From: Epiperipatus broadwayi | Lineage: Eukaryota > Animalia > Onychophora | Direction: 5' to 3' | Length of the DNA stretch: 64,000 nucleotides | Assembly: GCA_028023455.1 (NCBI GenBank) | Contig: JAQFVV010000003.1 | Coordinates: 21,266,001 to 21,330,000, forward strand | Shown: piece by piece, positions 12,984 to 23,457 of the stretch | Numbering within the stretch: position 1 is the stretch's first letter | How the letters are laid out: each line of letters begins with the position of its first letter | Position numbers and translations under genes: made by a program | Notes under the pieces: model-generated | What the model was told of the DNA's origin: nothing | Databases searched by the model: none | What the model saw: the letters and a program-made list of their open reading frames with translations, nothing else

Positions 12984-14504
12984 CTTCTAACTAACTTTAT
13001 TTCCCATCACAAAGTAAAAATTAAAATTGATCTTCCAAAAGCAAAAACAAACTTATGCTAAAAAACGTCACTTCTATTTTTTTCATTTGGAAATTTTTTT
13101 GATGACATTAATCATCTTTCTGTTTATTCTTTTTAAATAAGTTCCTTAAATATCTTGTGCACTCTATGTCAACGTATGGCATTTATCATAACAATTTTGT
13201 TTATTAAGAGTTTTACAGCTTTTTATTTGATTTTTTTTTTCTTGACACATATCTTCTTATTTTGTTTTCTTCTCATAATAAAAATTTAAATCAGTCTTTT
13301 AAAAGCAACAATGAGTTTACTCTAATAAAAAAAAACCCTTTTTTCTGTTTTCTTGAGTAGAACTTTTTTTGATGGCGTTAAGAAATTTTCTAATTCTTCT
13401 TTTCAGAAAAATGCTAAAATGTATGTGCATGCATCATTTGTCAATCAATAGCATTCATCATAATATTTTTATTAAGGATTAGTTTTACAACTTTCTCATT
13501 TGGAATTTTTTCCCGATAATATTAATGCATTTTTTAACTCATAGTTTCAAGCTTATGGTTAAAATTATTTTATGTGTACTGCATATTAATTAAATAATAA
13601 ACATAAATTCAGTTATTGCTAAAAGTATATATATATCTTTACTGTATAAACCTTAATTTAGTGAGAAAAAGTGTTTGTTGTACCATTTAGTCATAGTAAA
13701 AGCCTTCGTTGTAGCTGAAATCATTATAGTTAGTTGCTTATGAGGTCAAGTCAACTTTGAACACCCAAGTAACAGGTTGAGCAAAGCGTTTTTTTTTTGT
13801 TAGTTAATCAAACTGATTTCTTTTTTACTTTGTTCAGCTAAAAAGTGATAAAGAAATATTTAGTTCTTGAATTCATCTTTCTCCTCCTGCATAAAACTGC
13901 ATCTGTCTATCTTTTAAACTATCAATTTTTAACATTTAATTAAGAGCAAAACTGCTAGAAAAATCTTGCTTTAGATTTTCAAAAATTGTTTTTAACCTTA
14001 GTGAAATGTTTTACTCGATTTAATTAAAAGTTTCATCGTTTGGACAAAAGCTACACGAGGAATAATTGCACATATTATTAATAAGCAGTTAGTAAATAAA
14101 TACCTGTTACATTTTATTAACAAGTAAAATGTTAAAAATATGTTTTATTTTTCTGCTAATTAAATATATACTCCATGATCTTTTTAACTGTTTTGGGATA
14201 ATCCCAAACTATTTGTATATATGTTCCAATTGTCAAATATCCTAATTAGCTGTAGTCTTTTAAAAATGATACACAGCCATATAGAAATATAAAATTAACA
14301 GCTTATTATGCAGAAGAACTATATAAACAAATCTATCTGAATTCTTTTATAAAATACAGAAATAACTGATTTAGAATTATTTGGGTTTTTTTTTTTTTTC
14401 AAAATCTTACAGATTATGGTTATTAAACAACAATTGCATCTTATAGGAATAATCTCAGAAGTAATCAGTATTTATCTTGTATTAATTAGTGATTATCTGC
14501 CCTG

Positions 14505-14570
14505 CACAGTTTGGCACAAAGGTTGAATAGTGAACTCTAGAGTCAAGGTTCCTACATCAATTCTTAGGTG
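14505..14570 (+). mobile_element. Degenerate tRNA-derived SINE head
   Basis: GAACTCTAGAGTCAAGGTTCC core is shared in reverse complement with copies at 45375 and 52483. Confidence 0.4.
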
Positions 14571-15471
14571 AAATAAAAAGAAATGTCAACTTGATCAAAT
14601 GAAATTATTGGACTCAATCTGCACTGGGTGTCCAAATACGATGCAACTTCACATGAAACTAACTATACAATTTATTTATTTATCTAGAGTTTTAAAGCCA
14701 GGAGACACTATTTTAGTTATATAATTGTTATATGTTTTTATTCTGAGAAATACTTTTCTTCTTTCTATTTTATACATAATTGTTTCAGTTTGATAAAAAT
14801 TATTTAAAATATAACTATGTCTTCCCATGTTATATTTGTATAATAATATATTTTATATAAAACTGCTTGAAATAAGTTTCGGTTTTATTCATTTGGCTCA
14901 TATAAGTTTAAAACAAATTTTATTATGCTCTTGATATAATTAATTTTATGTCTAAATTTAAAATACATCAACACTGCAATTATCACTTCAGATATAATCA
15001 TCTCTTCTGGTTTATATTTATCCTAAGTTATACTTCTTTTCTGGGTTTTTTTTTTATCTTTATTGTAGTAGACACTCTGTATATAGTTACTTCTTAATGC
15101 AATAGTAAGTTTTTATAAAGTTATTTAGTTTATTAATATGTGTCTCATTGCTATAGTCACAAGAGGGGTTTTAATTGTGGAGAGAAGGATGGTCATATTT
15201 TAAAAATCTATAAAATTCTGTTGGAGTTGCCTAAATAGTGTTAAAAATCTCAGTATTTTATCAGGAATTCAACAATCCTTTTTCCCAGTATAATATTAAT
15301 TTGTGTAAGTATGCATGTATATATGTGTGTGTGTGCGCGCGCACATATATATATGTAGAATATTTTAAAACGCTCAAATTTAAAAACTTCCAATATCCAG
15401 GTATGTTTACATTAATTGTTATAGCTTTACACAAATATACACAAAGAATACAGTTCATAGAACATTCATTT

Positions 15472-16154
15472 ATAAGAATGTTGAATTACATTCAAATATC
15501 AGCCTTTCACGCTAATTGTGCATACGCTTTTGCGAGTGTTAATAATAATAAATGAATACTTTCTTTCCAATACAAGATATAGTATTTATGCAGGAATAAA
15601 ATGAATCCACTTATTCCTATGACTCAAATGCTTATATATGAGCAAATCTGAAGTACTGGCAAGGAAAGCATGAGGATGGAACAGTCACTTTAAATTACTA
15701 TATACAATGTCTGAATGAATGATGTCGGTGAAATTATCTAGAATTTACTAAACATCATTCAATTGTAAACATACACTATATAAAATAAATGCTTATTTAC
15801 ATATGATTAAATTTCAGTTAGAATGATGTTTAGTAAATTCTAGATAATTTCACCGACGTCATTCATTCAGACATTGTATATAGTAATTTAAAGTGACTGT
15901 TCCATCCTCATGCTTTCCTTGCCAGTACTTCAGATTTGCTCATATATAAGCATTTGAGTTGTAGGAATACGTGGATTCATTTTATTCCTGCATAAATACT
16001 ATATCTTGTATTGGAGAGAAAGTATTCATTTATTATTATTAACACTCACAAAAGTGTATGCACAATTAGCGTGAAAGGCTGATATTTGAATGTAATACAA
16101 TTGTAAACATATGCTATATAAAATAAATGCTTATTTGCATAAGAATATTGAATT
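15472..16154. mobile_element. Foldback insertion (~280-bp arms) with 16-bp TSD and internal 43-bp direct repeat
   Basis: Arms 15481-15760 and 15821-16100 are nearly identical. TSD ATAAGAAT(G/A)TTGAATT at 15472-15487 and 16139-16154. Segment AATTGTAAACAT..CTATATAAAATAAATGCTTATTT is repeated directly at 15761 and 16099. Confidence 0.88.
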
Positions 16155-17167
16155 GTTAAAGTGTGCTTATAGCCGTAATATTTATTAATTCTCAACTGTG
16201 TACTATATCTAAGCGCAGTTTTATGCTCAAAGTTTATCTACAAAATAAATGGCAACAGGAAAGCAAGTAATTGTGAAAATTTCAAATATCCTGCGATTTT
16301 ATGCATGAAGATTATAGTTTGGTAGCACACTGTTTTATAAAAAAGTTTTAAAAATCAGACCATTTGCTTGAGTAATGCTTATTTAATCATAATTCTCTGA
16401 AACATATAAAAACAAGCAATTTGTAATTCTAAACAAAAATTTAACTTTCAAACAAAATATTGCAGAAAACTACCACAATAATAGCTTCTAATGTCCAGCC
16501 CCTTTTACATCAGCCTGTTTTGTGCAAAAACAAATTTGTGCAACATCGTAAGAAGTGAAGGTTGTCTTAGAGTAAAAATTGTTTGGCTTTTATTTAGTAA
16601 GAAAAAATTTGTACCATGAGAAAATCAAACACATATAACAGCTTTAGTTTGAAATATTTACCAAAATGATGAAAAGAAAAATATTTCATAAATGAAAACA
16701 ATGAATTTAATTTTTTTTAATTAATATTTTTAATTAATAATTGCTAAAAATTGCATTTAAGTTTATTTAATTAATTTTGTATAATAATGTATAAAGCAAC
16801 ATTTGTTTCGAGCAAATGCAAGCAATAAATTTTAAATATTTTTTTATTAATAATTTTTTAAAGAAATACAATTTAAGCAATTTCTCTTTCTGCCATTGTA
16901 TTATTTAAACAGCTCCTTCTTGTTAAGATAGTATTTTTAAATATTAACTATCTTCTTTTTACACATAATTTTACAATGTTTATATTTTATTAAACATGCT
17001 CCAATTGCTTAACAATCATTTTCAAGGACATAAAAAAAATTTAAAGTATAACCTAATTTTACATTGTATGTAAATCCAATTATATACATATTTAATGATA
17101 AATAATATTTTAATATTGAATAAATATATTTTCATGTGATAATTACCAATTTTATTCTAAATAATAT

Positions 17168-17599
17168 TTGAACTGCCCTCTAGCTGCCATGCTTAATAAC
17201 TTTTTACAATAGAAAAATGATAATTTATAGGATTGTTTTATATAGAATATTTAGAACAGTAGCTACAAGAGAGATGGTTTAAATCAATCTATCTATAAAA
17301 TATTCCACTCATTTTCAATACTCTATAATAGTCACATGTCATAATGTAGTAATAAATAATGTTTTATACTAAACAAATATAATTAATGTGACTATTATTA
17401 TAGGGTTTTAAAAACGAGTAGAATATCTCTACTTTATAAAATGAATATCAATCCTTTCAAAAGCAATTTACATTAAAATATATAGACTGAATTAAAATTG
17501 CTCTCTTGCTGCTGTATAAAACAATCTAAAACATAGTAGGAAATGATCATTTTTCTATTGCAAAAAGTTATTGAATATGGCAGCTAGAGGGCAGTTCAA
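17168..17599. repeat. Degenerate foldback inverted repeat (MITE-like)
   Basis: Termini TTGAACTGCCCTCTAGCTGCCAT / ATGGCAGCTAGAGGGCAGTTCAA; inner segments also pair (CTATAATAGTCACAT / ATGTGACTATTATATAG). Confidence 0.8.
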
Positions 17600-17705
17600 A
17601 TAATTTAAAATAAAATTTGTAATTATAATATGACATTATATATATATATATGTAATATAATGAGCATGCTAATAGCTCTTAACAAGCTTTTCTGAATATC
17701 CCTAT

Positions 17706-17745
17706 CCCCAAATCAGTTTTAAGCTACTGCCTATCGTCAGTGAAG
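17706..17745 (-). ncRNA. Degenerate minimal hammerhead ribozyme motif (family A)
   Basis: Minus strand reads CUUCA CUGACGA UAGGCAGUAGCUU AAAACUGAUU UGGGG. Helix I CUUCA/UGGGG pairs; the GAAA core is mutated. Confidence 0.5.
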
Positions 17746-18089
17746 TGTTAGGATATTCAGACATTAAATCTAAAAATACCAGCTCAAGCCTAGCATTTAT
17801 CTAATAATTAACTATTAAGTAGAAAATCTTAAATTTTCAGACATTTATATGTCTTCAAATCCAGCTATTTAACTTAAATAGCCATATGGGACTGAACTAA
17901 GTTCAGATACACAATATATTAATAGCTTTAGCAATATAATATCACCAAATCTTCAAAAGCAAAATTATAATAGGAAGAAAAATCAAGTCATACATCATGT
18001 GACTGAACTTAGTTCAGCCCCATATGGCTACTTAATAGTTAACTATTAGATAAATGCTGGGCTTGAGCTAATGTCTGAATATCCTAGAA

Positions 18090-18131
18090 CCTCACTGATG
18101 ATAGCCTGCAGCTTGAAACTGGTTTATGGAT
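18090..18131 (+). ncRNA. Degenerate minimal hammerhead ribozyme motif (family A)
   Basis: CCUCA CUGAUGA UAGC-CUGCA-GCUU GAAAC UGGUU; the CUGAUGA and GAAA core is intact and helix II AGC/GCU pairs. Confidence 0.6.
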
Positions 18132-18543
18132 AGAGATATTTGGAAAATCTTGTTAAGAACTATTAGCATGTTCAATGTATTACATTTCTAGTCCAAGCTT
18201 ATTAAATTAAGTCATGTGATGTATGACTTGATCTTTCTTTATATATATATATATCTGTCTCAATATATATATATATATTATAACATGCCTCAATAAATTA
18301 TATCTAGCTATAGTTTTTTTTTTGCACATAAATACCATATTCTTTAAATATTACATTTTAAACACATATTTCATGGTACCTTAAGCTTCTGCCTTTGCAA
18401 TAAATAATAAATTCTCTTTAGTGTTATCATGCATACTTTCATATTTTATATAATTTTTATTCTTATATAATCATATATATTGCTTATAACACTTCTTTCT
18501 TATACACTTTAATGCAACAAATTTTCTTAAAAACTTCTTTATT

Positions 18544-18585
18544 CTCCTTACAGTTTCGACTGTCCAGCAGTCTTCTTCAGAGCTC
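18544..18585 (-). ncRNA. Hammerhead ribozyme motif in the PLE pLTR
   Basis: Minus strand: GAGCU CUGAAGA A GACUG-CUGGA-CAGUC GAAACUGUA AGGAG AAUAAA. Perfect 5-bp helix II and intact core; helix I is only partly paired. Confidence 0.65.
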
Positions 18586-19558
18586 TATCTTCTTCTTTGC
18601 TTTAATTAAAATTTAATTATATAACTTTAAACTATTTTTATTCATATTTCTTTTTCAAAATCCATTTTTATTGTAGCTGCTTTATTTATTTCTCTCATAT
18701 CCATAATATATTTTTTACACATCTATTATAAAAATACATAGCAATAAATTATCTATTATTTTTGCATATAGCTATATCCTATATAATAGCTACTCTATTG
18801 TAGTTTTTAAAAAAATGTTTATTTATTATATATGACATAAATTATTTTATAATTTTTATGAAAAGTAATATTTTATATTAATTTTATTTATGTTTTTTAA
18901 TAATCATATTTTATTTCATTTTGTTAATACTTAGGATCTTTATATCATTTTTGTATTTAAATTTGGTTTAAGCTTTTTGATTATTATTGCTATTATTTTT
19001 TTTCTTATCTCTAATAAAATGTATCATTTTAATACTATTATCTTTAAAATATACAACTTGTACTTTTGTATCAATATTAATTAGTGATTTTTATTAATAT
19101 CTATGCTATTTAAAAATTATTTTACAAATGTTCTGGTTTCTCCCACCTGGTTTTTCTCAAATAGCTATTTAACACATTATTTTTATAACATTATTCAAAT
19201 TATATTTTTTAACTATCATTTATAGTATTTGTAATATTCATATCATTCATAATACATTTATTAATTAAAAATTTTATTATGGTTATTTTTCTTTTTATTT
19301 TGGTAGTAAATTTTAAATCTATTTTCATTTATTTATTATTTTGGCTATAATTTTATTAATTTTCTTAGATATTTTTTGATTATCTATTTTTATACCTATA
19401 TAATTAGTTTTTCTAACTATACTTTCATTTTCAAACTATTTTAAGCATAACTTATTATTATTATTTGTATATTTTTTATTTTAAATCACTAGAACATCAC
19501 TTGACCACCATTTTTTCTGTTTACACAATCTGTTAAAACATTAGCAAACTCTTGTCAA

Positions 19559-19630
19559 GCATTGGTGGCCTAGTGGTTAGTATAGCTGCCTTCCAAGTAG
19601 CTGGCCTGAGTTCACTTCCTGGTCAACGCA
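19559..19630 (+). pseudogene. tRNA-Gly(TCC) pseudogene
   Basis: 72 nt GCATTGGTGGCCTAGTGGTTAGTATAGCTGCCTTCCAAGTAGCTGGCCTGAGTTCACTTCCTGGTCAACGCA closely follows metazoan tRNA-Gly-TCC. The anticodon arm GCTGC-CTTCCAA-GTAGC pairs, but the T-loop reads TTCACTT and the acceptor and T stems carry mismatches. Confidence 0.85.
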
Positions 19631-19651
19631 TTTGACATATGAAAAAAAAGA

Positions 19652-19790
19652 AAAACTCTCTATATAGTTGTGCAAGTCATAATAATCAATGAATGCTAAG
19701 CACTAGATAGGGATTCTATGCATAAATTCCTTCTAGCATTCACTGATTTCTATGTCTTGCACGGCATGATAATAGTGTAGAGAATGCTTA
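19652..19790. mobile_element. Degenerate foldback copy of hammerhead family C
   Basis: AAAACTCTCTATATAGT..TGCAAGTCATAATAATCAATGAATG (antisense arm) is joined to CTAAGCACTAGATAGGGATTCTATGCATAAATTCCTTCTAGCATTCACTGATT (sense); both align to 53461-53700 and 63390-63540. Confidence 0.65.
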
Positions 19791-20589
19791 CTATTGTTTG
19801 TTTTTTTGTTTATATAACTCATAATTATCTTCTTCAGATAAGTATTTACTTTGTGTTTTTTTTTTTATAATTTTTATGATTTTCTTTTTCTTTGTACATT
19901 TCTATATCAGAAAAATAATTATTTTATTTATTTTATTTCTAATGTTATTAATATATTGTATATGTATATTATCTATATTTAAATTTCTCTCTATTATATT
20001 TCTTTGTTAATTTTTTTACCATATATATTCTTAATTTTATTTTTATAATACTATTATTAATTCGTTTTTTTATTGAAATATCTAAATTTTTTTTTCATTG
20101 TAAATTTTATCTTTACATTTATCTTATTTAAATATTTTACAAATGTCTTAACTTGTCTATTAATTTTATTAAATATCAATAAATAATCATCTATATATCA
20201 TTTATAAAATATTGATTTATTAATATTATTGTTTACATTTTTCTCAAATTCATCATAAAATATTGCTTGCTTCACTCATATGTATTCCTTATTTTTGTAT
20301 TTATATATATTGTACCTACTGAAGGTTGATATGAGTTTCAGTATGTGATAAAATATCAGTCATAAATTTGTTTTTCTTTCTTGTTTGATTTTGATGGTAG
20401 ATATGTTAATTTATGAAGCACTGAACTATGTTGCAATGATGATGATAATTTTGATATAAAAAAATTGTTTATTGTTAATTGTATTGTACAAGATTGTGAA
20501 TTGACTTTATTCATTTTAAAACAGATATGCGAAATGAGTATGTGAATTGTATTTTATTATAAATGTGTCTACAAGAATCATTACATTTC

Positions 20590-23457
20590 ATGTTGAGACC
20601 TGAGTTAAGAATGGCTTTGGTGTCTTGCCCAGCAGGAGTAAACATGAATCTATTTAGGTCATAAATCTGAAAAATCATCAAATTTGAGAATTGGCAAGTG
20701 GAATGTTAGATCTTTGAGAAGAACTGGGAAATGGGAAAAATTTGAAAAGAGTTTTGTATATAAATAATATTGATGTTAAAAAATTAAGTGAACTGATGTA
20801 GGAAGGATGTGGGGAAATAAGTAGTGAATATGTTATGTTATTTTATTTGCATGGCGATAGATCAATTAATGGAGTTGGCATTGCTGTGGGGAAGAAAATT
20901 TTGAATAGTATGGCAAATGTTGATTGTATTGATGATAGACTGATAATGATGAGAATGAATGCAAGTCCTAGGGATTTCATAATTATACAAGTTTATATGC
21001 TGATTACTAGTCAGGATGACCTTGAAATTGACAAAATATATGAGAAGATAGAGTAAATCATTCAATATGAAGGGGAAATGCATGTATATTGCTATTGAAT
21101 GATTGGAATGCTGTTGTGGGGAAAGGTAAGAAAGGGTAAATTGTTGGGAATAATGGTATTGAAAAAAGAAATGAAAGAGGTAGCCAGTTTGTACAATTTT
21201 GTAAGTAGAATGGGTTTGTGATTGCAAACATTTGTTTTAAAAACTATATTAGAAGATTGTATATATGAAAATCTCCAGATGATAGAGAATGTTATCAAAG
21301 TGACTATATATTGATTCGGGATAGATACAAGAATGCTATTAAAGGTTTACATGCTTTTCCTGGTGCTTATATAAAGTCAGATCATAATTTGGTTATGGCT
21401 AAATTAAAGTTGTGTTTAAAAAGAATTAAAAAGAGGAGAAAGATATGTAAGATAGGACTTGGATAAATTGAGAAAAATGGAAAAGGAAAATTTTGTTCAA
21501 TATGTGAAAATGAAATAAAAAGGACTGTGTGCAGAATTAGAGAAGGATTCTTATAAACAGCAAAAAAAATGAAATAGGTATTATTCAGGTAAGGAAATCT
21601 TAATGACCTTGGATAACTGAAGGTATGTTGGAAAAGATGGAAGTACAGAGAAGTTGAAAGAATGTAAATACTGAGGAAGGAAAAAATGCATATAGAAAAA
21701 TTAATAATGAGCTAAGAAGTGAAACAGATTTAGTAAGGGGAAAATGATTGAAGCAAGAATGTAGAAAAATAGAAAGGCCTCAGCAGATGAAACGATATGA
21801 TGTGGTAGTATGAAATGTCACTTGGGAGAAAAAGATATAGGTAGCATGTGAGATTGCAGATAAGAATGGAAAGAGATTAATTAATTACAATGATATGTTA
21901 AAAGGATCGAAAGAATATATTTAATGTCTATTTAGTAGTGAAGATAATTTAATTAATTATGAACTTAAAAATAAAGACAATATTGAAATAGATTGATAAA
22001 TGTATGGACATATTGCCAGATGAAGTAAGAAAGTGAATTACACAAATAAACAAAGGTAAGTCTGTTATTTTTGATGCATATCTGTAGAATTTGTGTAAGA
22101 AATGGGAGAATGTACTATGAATGAAACAGTTGGACTTTACAATTTAATATATAATAATAGAGTTTAGCTTGAAGATTTTTAAAGAACTATAATTCTAAAA
22201 AGAAGAAGGCTGTTAAATATAAAGAGTATATAACAATAAGTTTGTTATGTCATGCTTTTAAAGTTTTATTGAGAATTTTAACTCAAAGAATTTATAGGTA
22301 GGTAGAGTATTATATTGGAGAAAAATAGTTTGGTTTTCAGAAAGGGAAAAGTATAAGAGATGCTATTGGTGTTATTAGAATGATTGCAGAGAGATATATT
22401 GAAAAATATAGAGGACTTTGTCTATGTTTTTTGAATTTGGAAAAAGCATTTGATAGAGTAGTCTTGAATAAACTTATGTCTAACTTAAAAGATAAAGAGG
22501 TATTTTGGAAAGAGATAGATTGATTTGGAATATGTATATTGGACATAGGATAAGAATTAAATTGGGGAGGAATTAGACTGATAAAGTGAATATAGAAAGT
22601 GAAGTTAGGCAAGGAAGCAATTCACTTTAATATTTATTTAGAAATTGTGCTAAATAATTATTTAGCCTGTTGAGAATCAAATGTTGGAATAGAGTAATAA
22701 AATGTATAAGATTTGCAGATAATATAGTTCTTATAACTGAGGATGAAAAGTGTCTTTAGAATATGCTAAATAAATTGGAAGAAGGATGTATGAAATATGG
22801 AAGAAGATTAATGTTGAAAAGTCTAAATATTTATGGATAGGAAGAAATACAAAAAGATTGCATATTGGAAATCTGTAATAACATAAGGGATTTAACTATT
22901 TGTAGTTCATTGAGTGAGGATGAAAGAAGTAAAGATCAAGTTAAAAAAAGAATAGCATTGGCAAAAAAGGCATTTATTTAGAGAAAGAAAATATTTTGTA
23001 GACCTTTGAAAAGAGAATTAAGAAAAAGATTAATTAAATGCTGTGTGGAAGTGTATTAATGTATGATTGAACAGTGAGTAATAAAATTAGAAACCAATTG
23101 GAAGCCTTTGAGATATGGACATGAAGAAGAATGGAAAAAATCTGTTGAATGAATAAAATAACAAGAAGTTTTAAAAAGAGTAAATGAAAAAAGATTGATT
23201 GAGGAAATCAGAGAAAGAAAGAGAAACTGGATTGGTCATATGTTAAAAAGAAATTATAGTTTAATGAAAGATGTCATGGAGGTAATGATGAGTAGAAGTT
23301 AGAAGAGATTGACATTGTTGGATGATATAAGAGATGGGAAGAATTATGTGAATTGAGATGGGCAAGGAAAATAATGAAATGGAAAAATGGATAAATTAAT
23401 AACATGACTACTCTCTGGAGCTGTCCATTTGACAGAATACTGTTGATGGTGATGATG
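20590..23457 (+). mobile_element. Near full-length degenerate RTE-clade LINE (APE + RT)
   Basis: APE: LRIGKWNVRSL (20684), ORF 20835-21056 GVGIAV..DRLIMMR..IIIQVY, DWNAVVG, DYILI...KSDHNLV (21302-21400). RT: FGFQKGKSIRDAI..FLNLEKAFDRV (22330-22460), IRFADNIVL (~22706-22735). TGATGGTGATGATG tail at 23444-23457. Multiple stops and frameshifts; 5' boundary approximate. Confidence 0.93.

Larger units (their letters stand above)
17661..18174. mobile_element. Foldback element, hammerhead family A, copy 1
   Basis: Inverted termini TGAGCATGCTAATAGCTCTTAACAAG / CTTGTTAAGAACTATTAGCATGTTCA. The interior 17755-17995 aligns with 59590-59823. Both arms carry a hammerhead-like core. Confidence 0.82.
18530..20330 (-). 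mobile_element. Degenerate Penelope-like element (RT + GIY-YIG remnant + hammerhead-bearing pLTR)
   Basis: Minus-strand motifs in the correct order: AIFYDEFEK (~20250-20280), *YIDDYLLIF (YIDD 20186-20197), FVKYLNKINVKIKFTM..LDISI (~20070-20145), NVIKIMC...VGETR (19132-19192, GIY-YIG-like), then a hammerhead core and AATAAA at 18538-18585. Many stops and frameshifts. Confidence 0.72.

Noticed and set aside
14620-14640. CACTGGGTGTCC resembling a Tc1/mariner TIR
   Set aside because: No partner TIR or TA duplication found.
15708-15745. Hammerhead-like CTGAATGA...GTCGGTGAAATTATC in the 15472 foldback
   Set aside because: The core has an extra base, helix I does not pair, and the orientation is inward, opposite to families A-C.
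16800-16830. GCTCGAAACAAATGT on the minus strand resembling a hammerhead 3' half
   Set aside because: No CUGANGA upstream and no helix I.
20862-22612. Minus-strand ORFs 20862-21227, 21092-21298 and 22337-22612
   Set aside because: Antisense frames of the RTE LINE.
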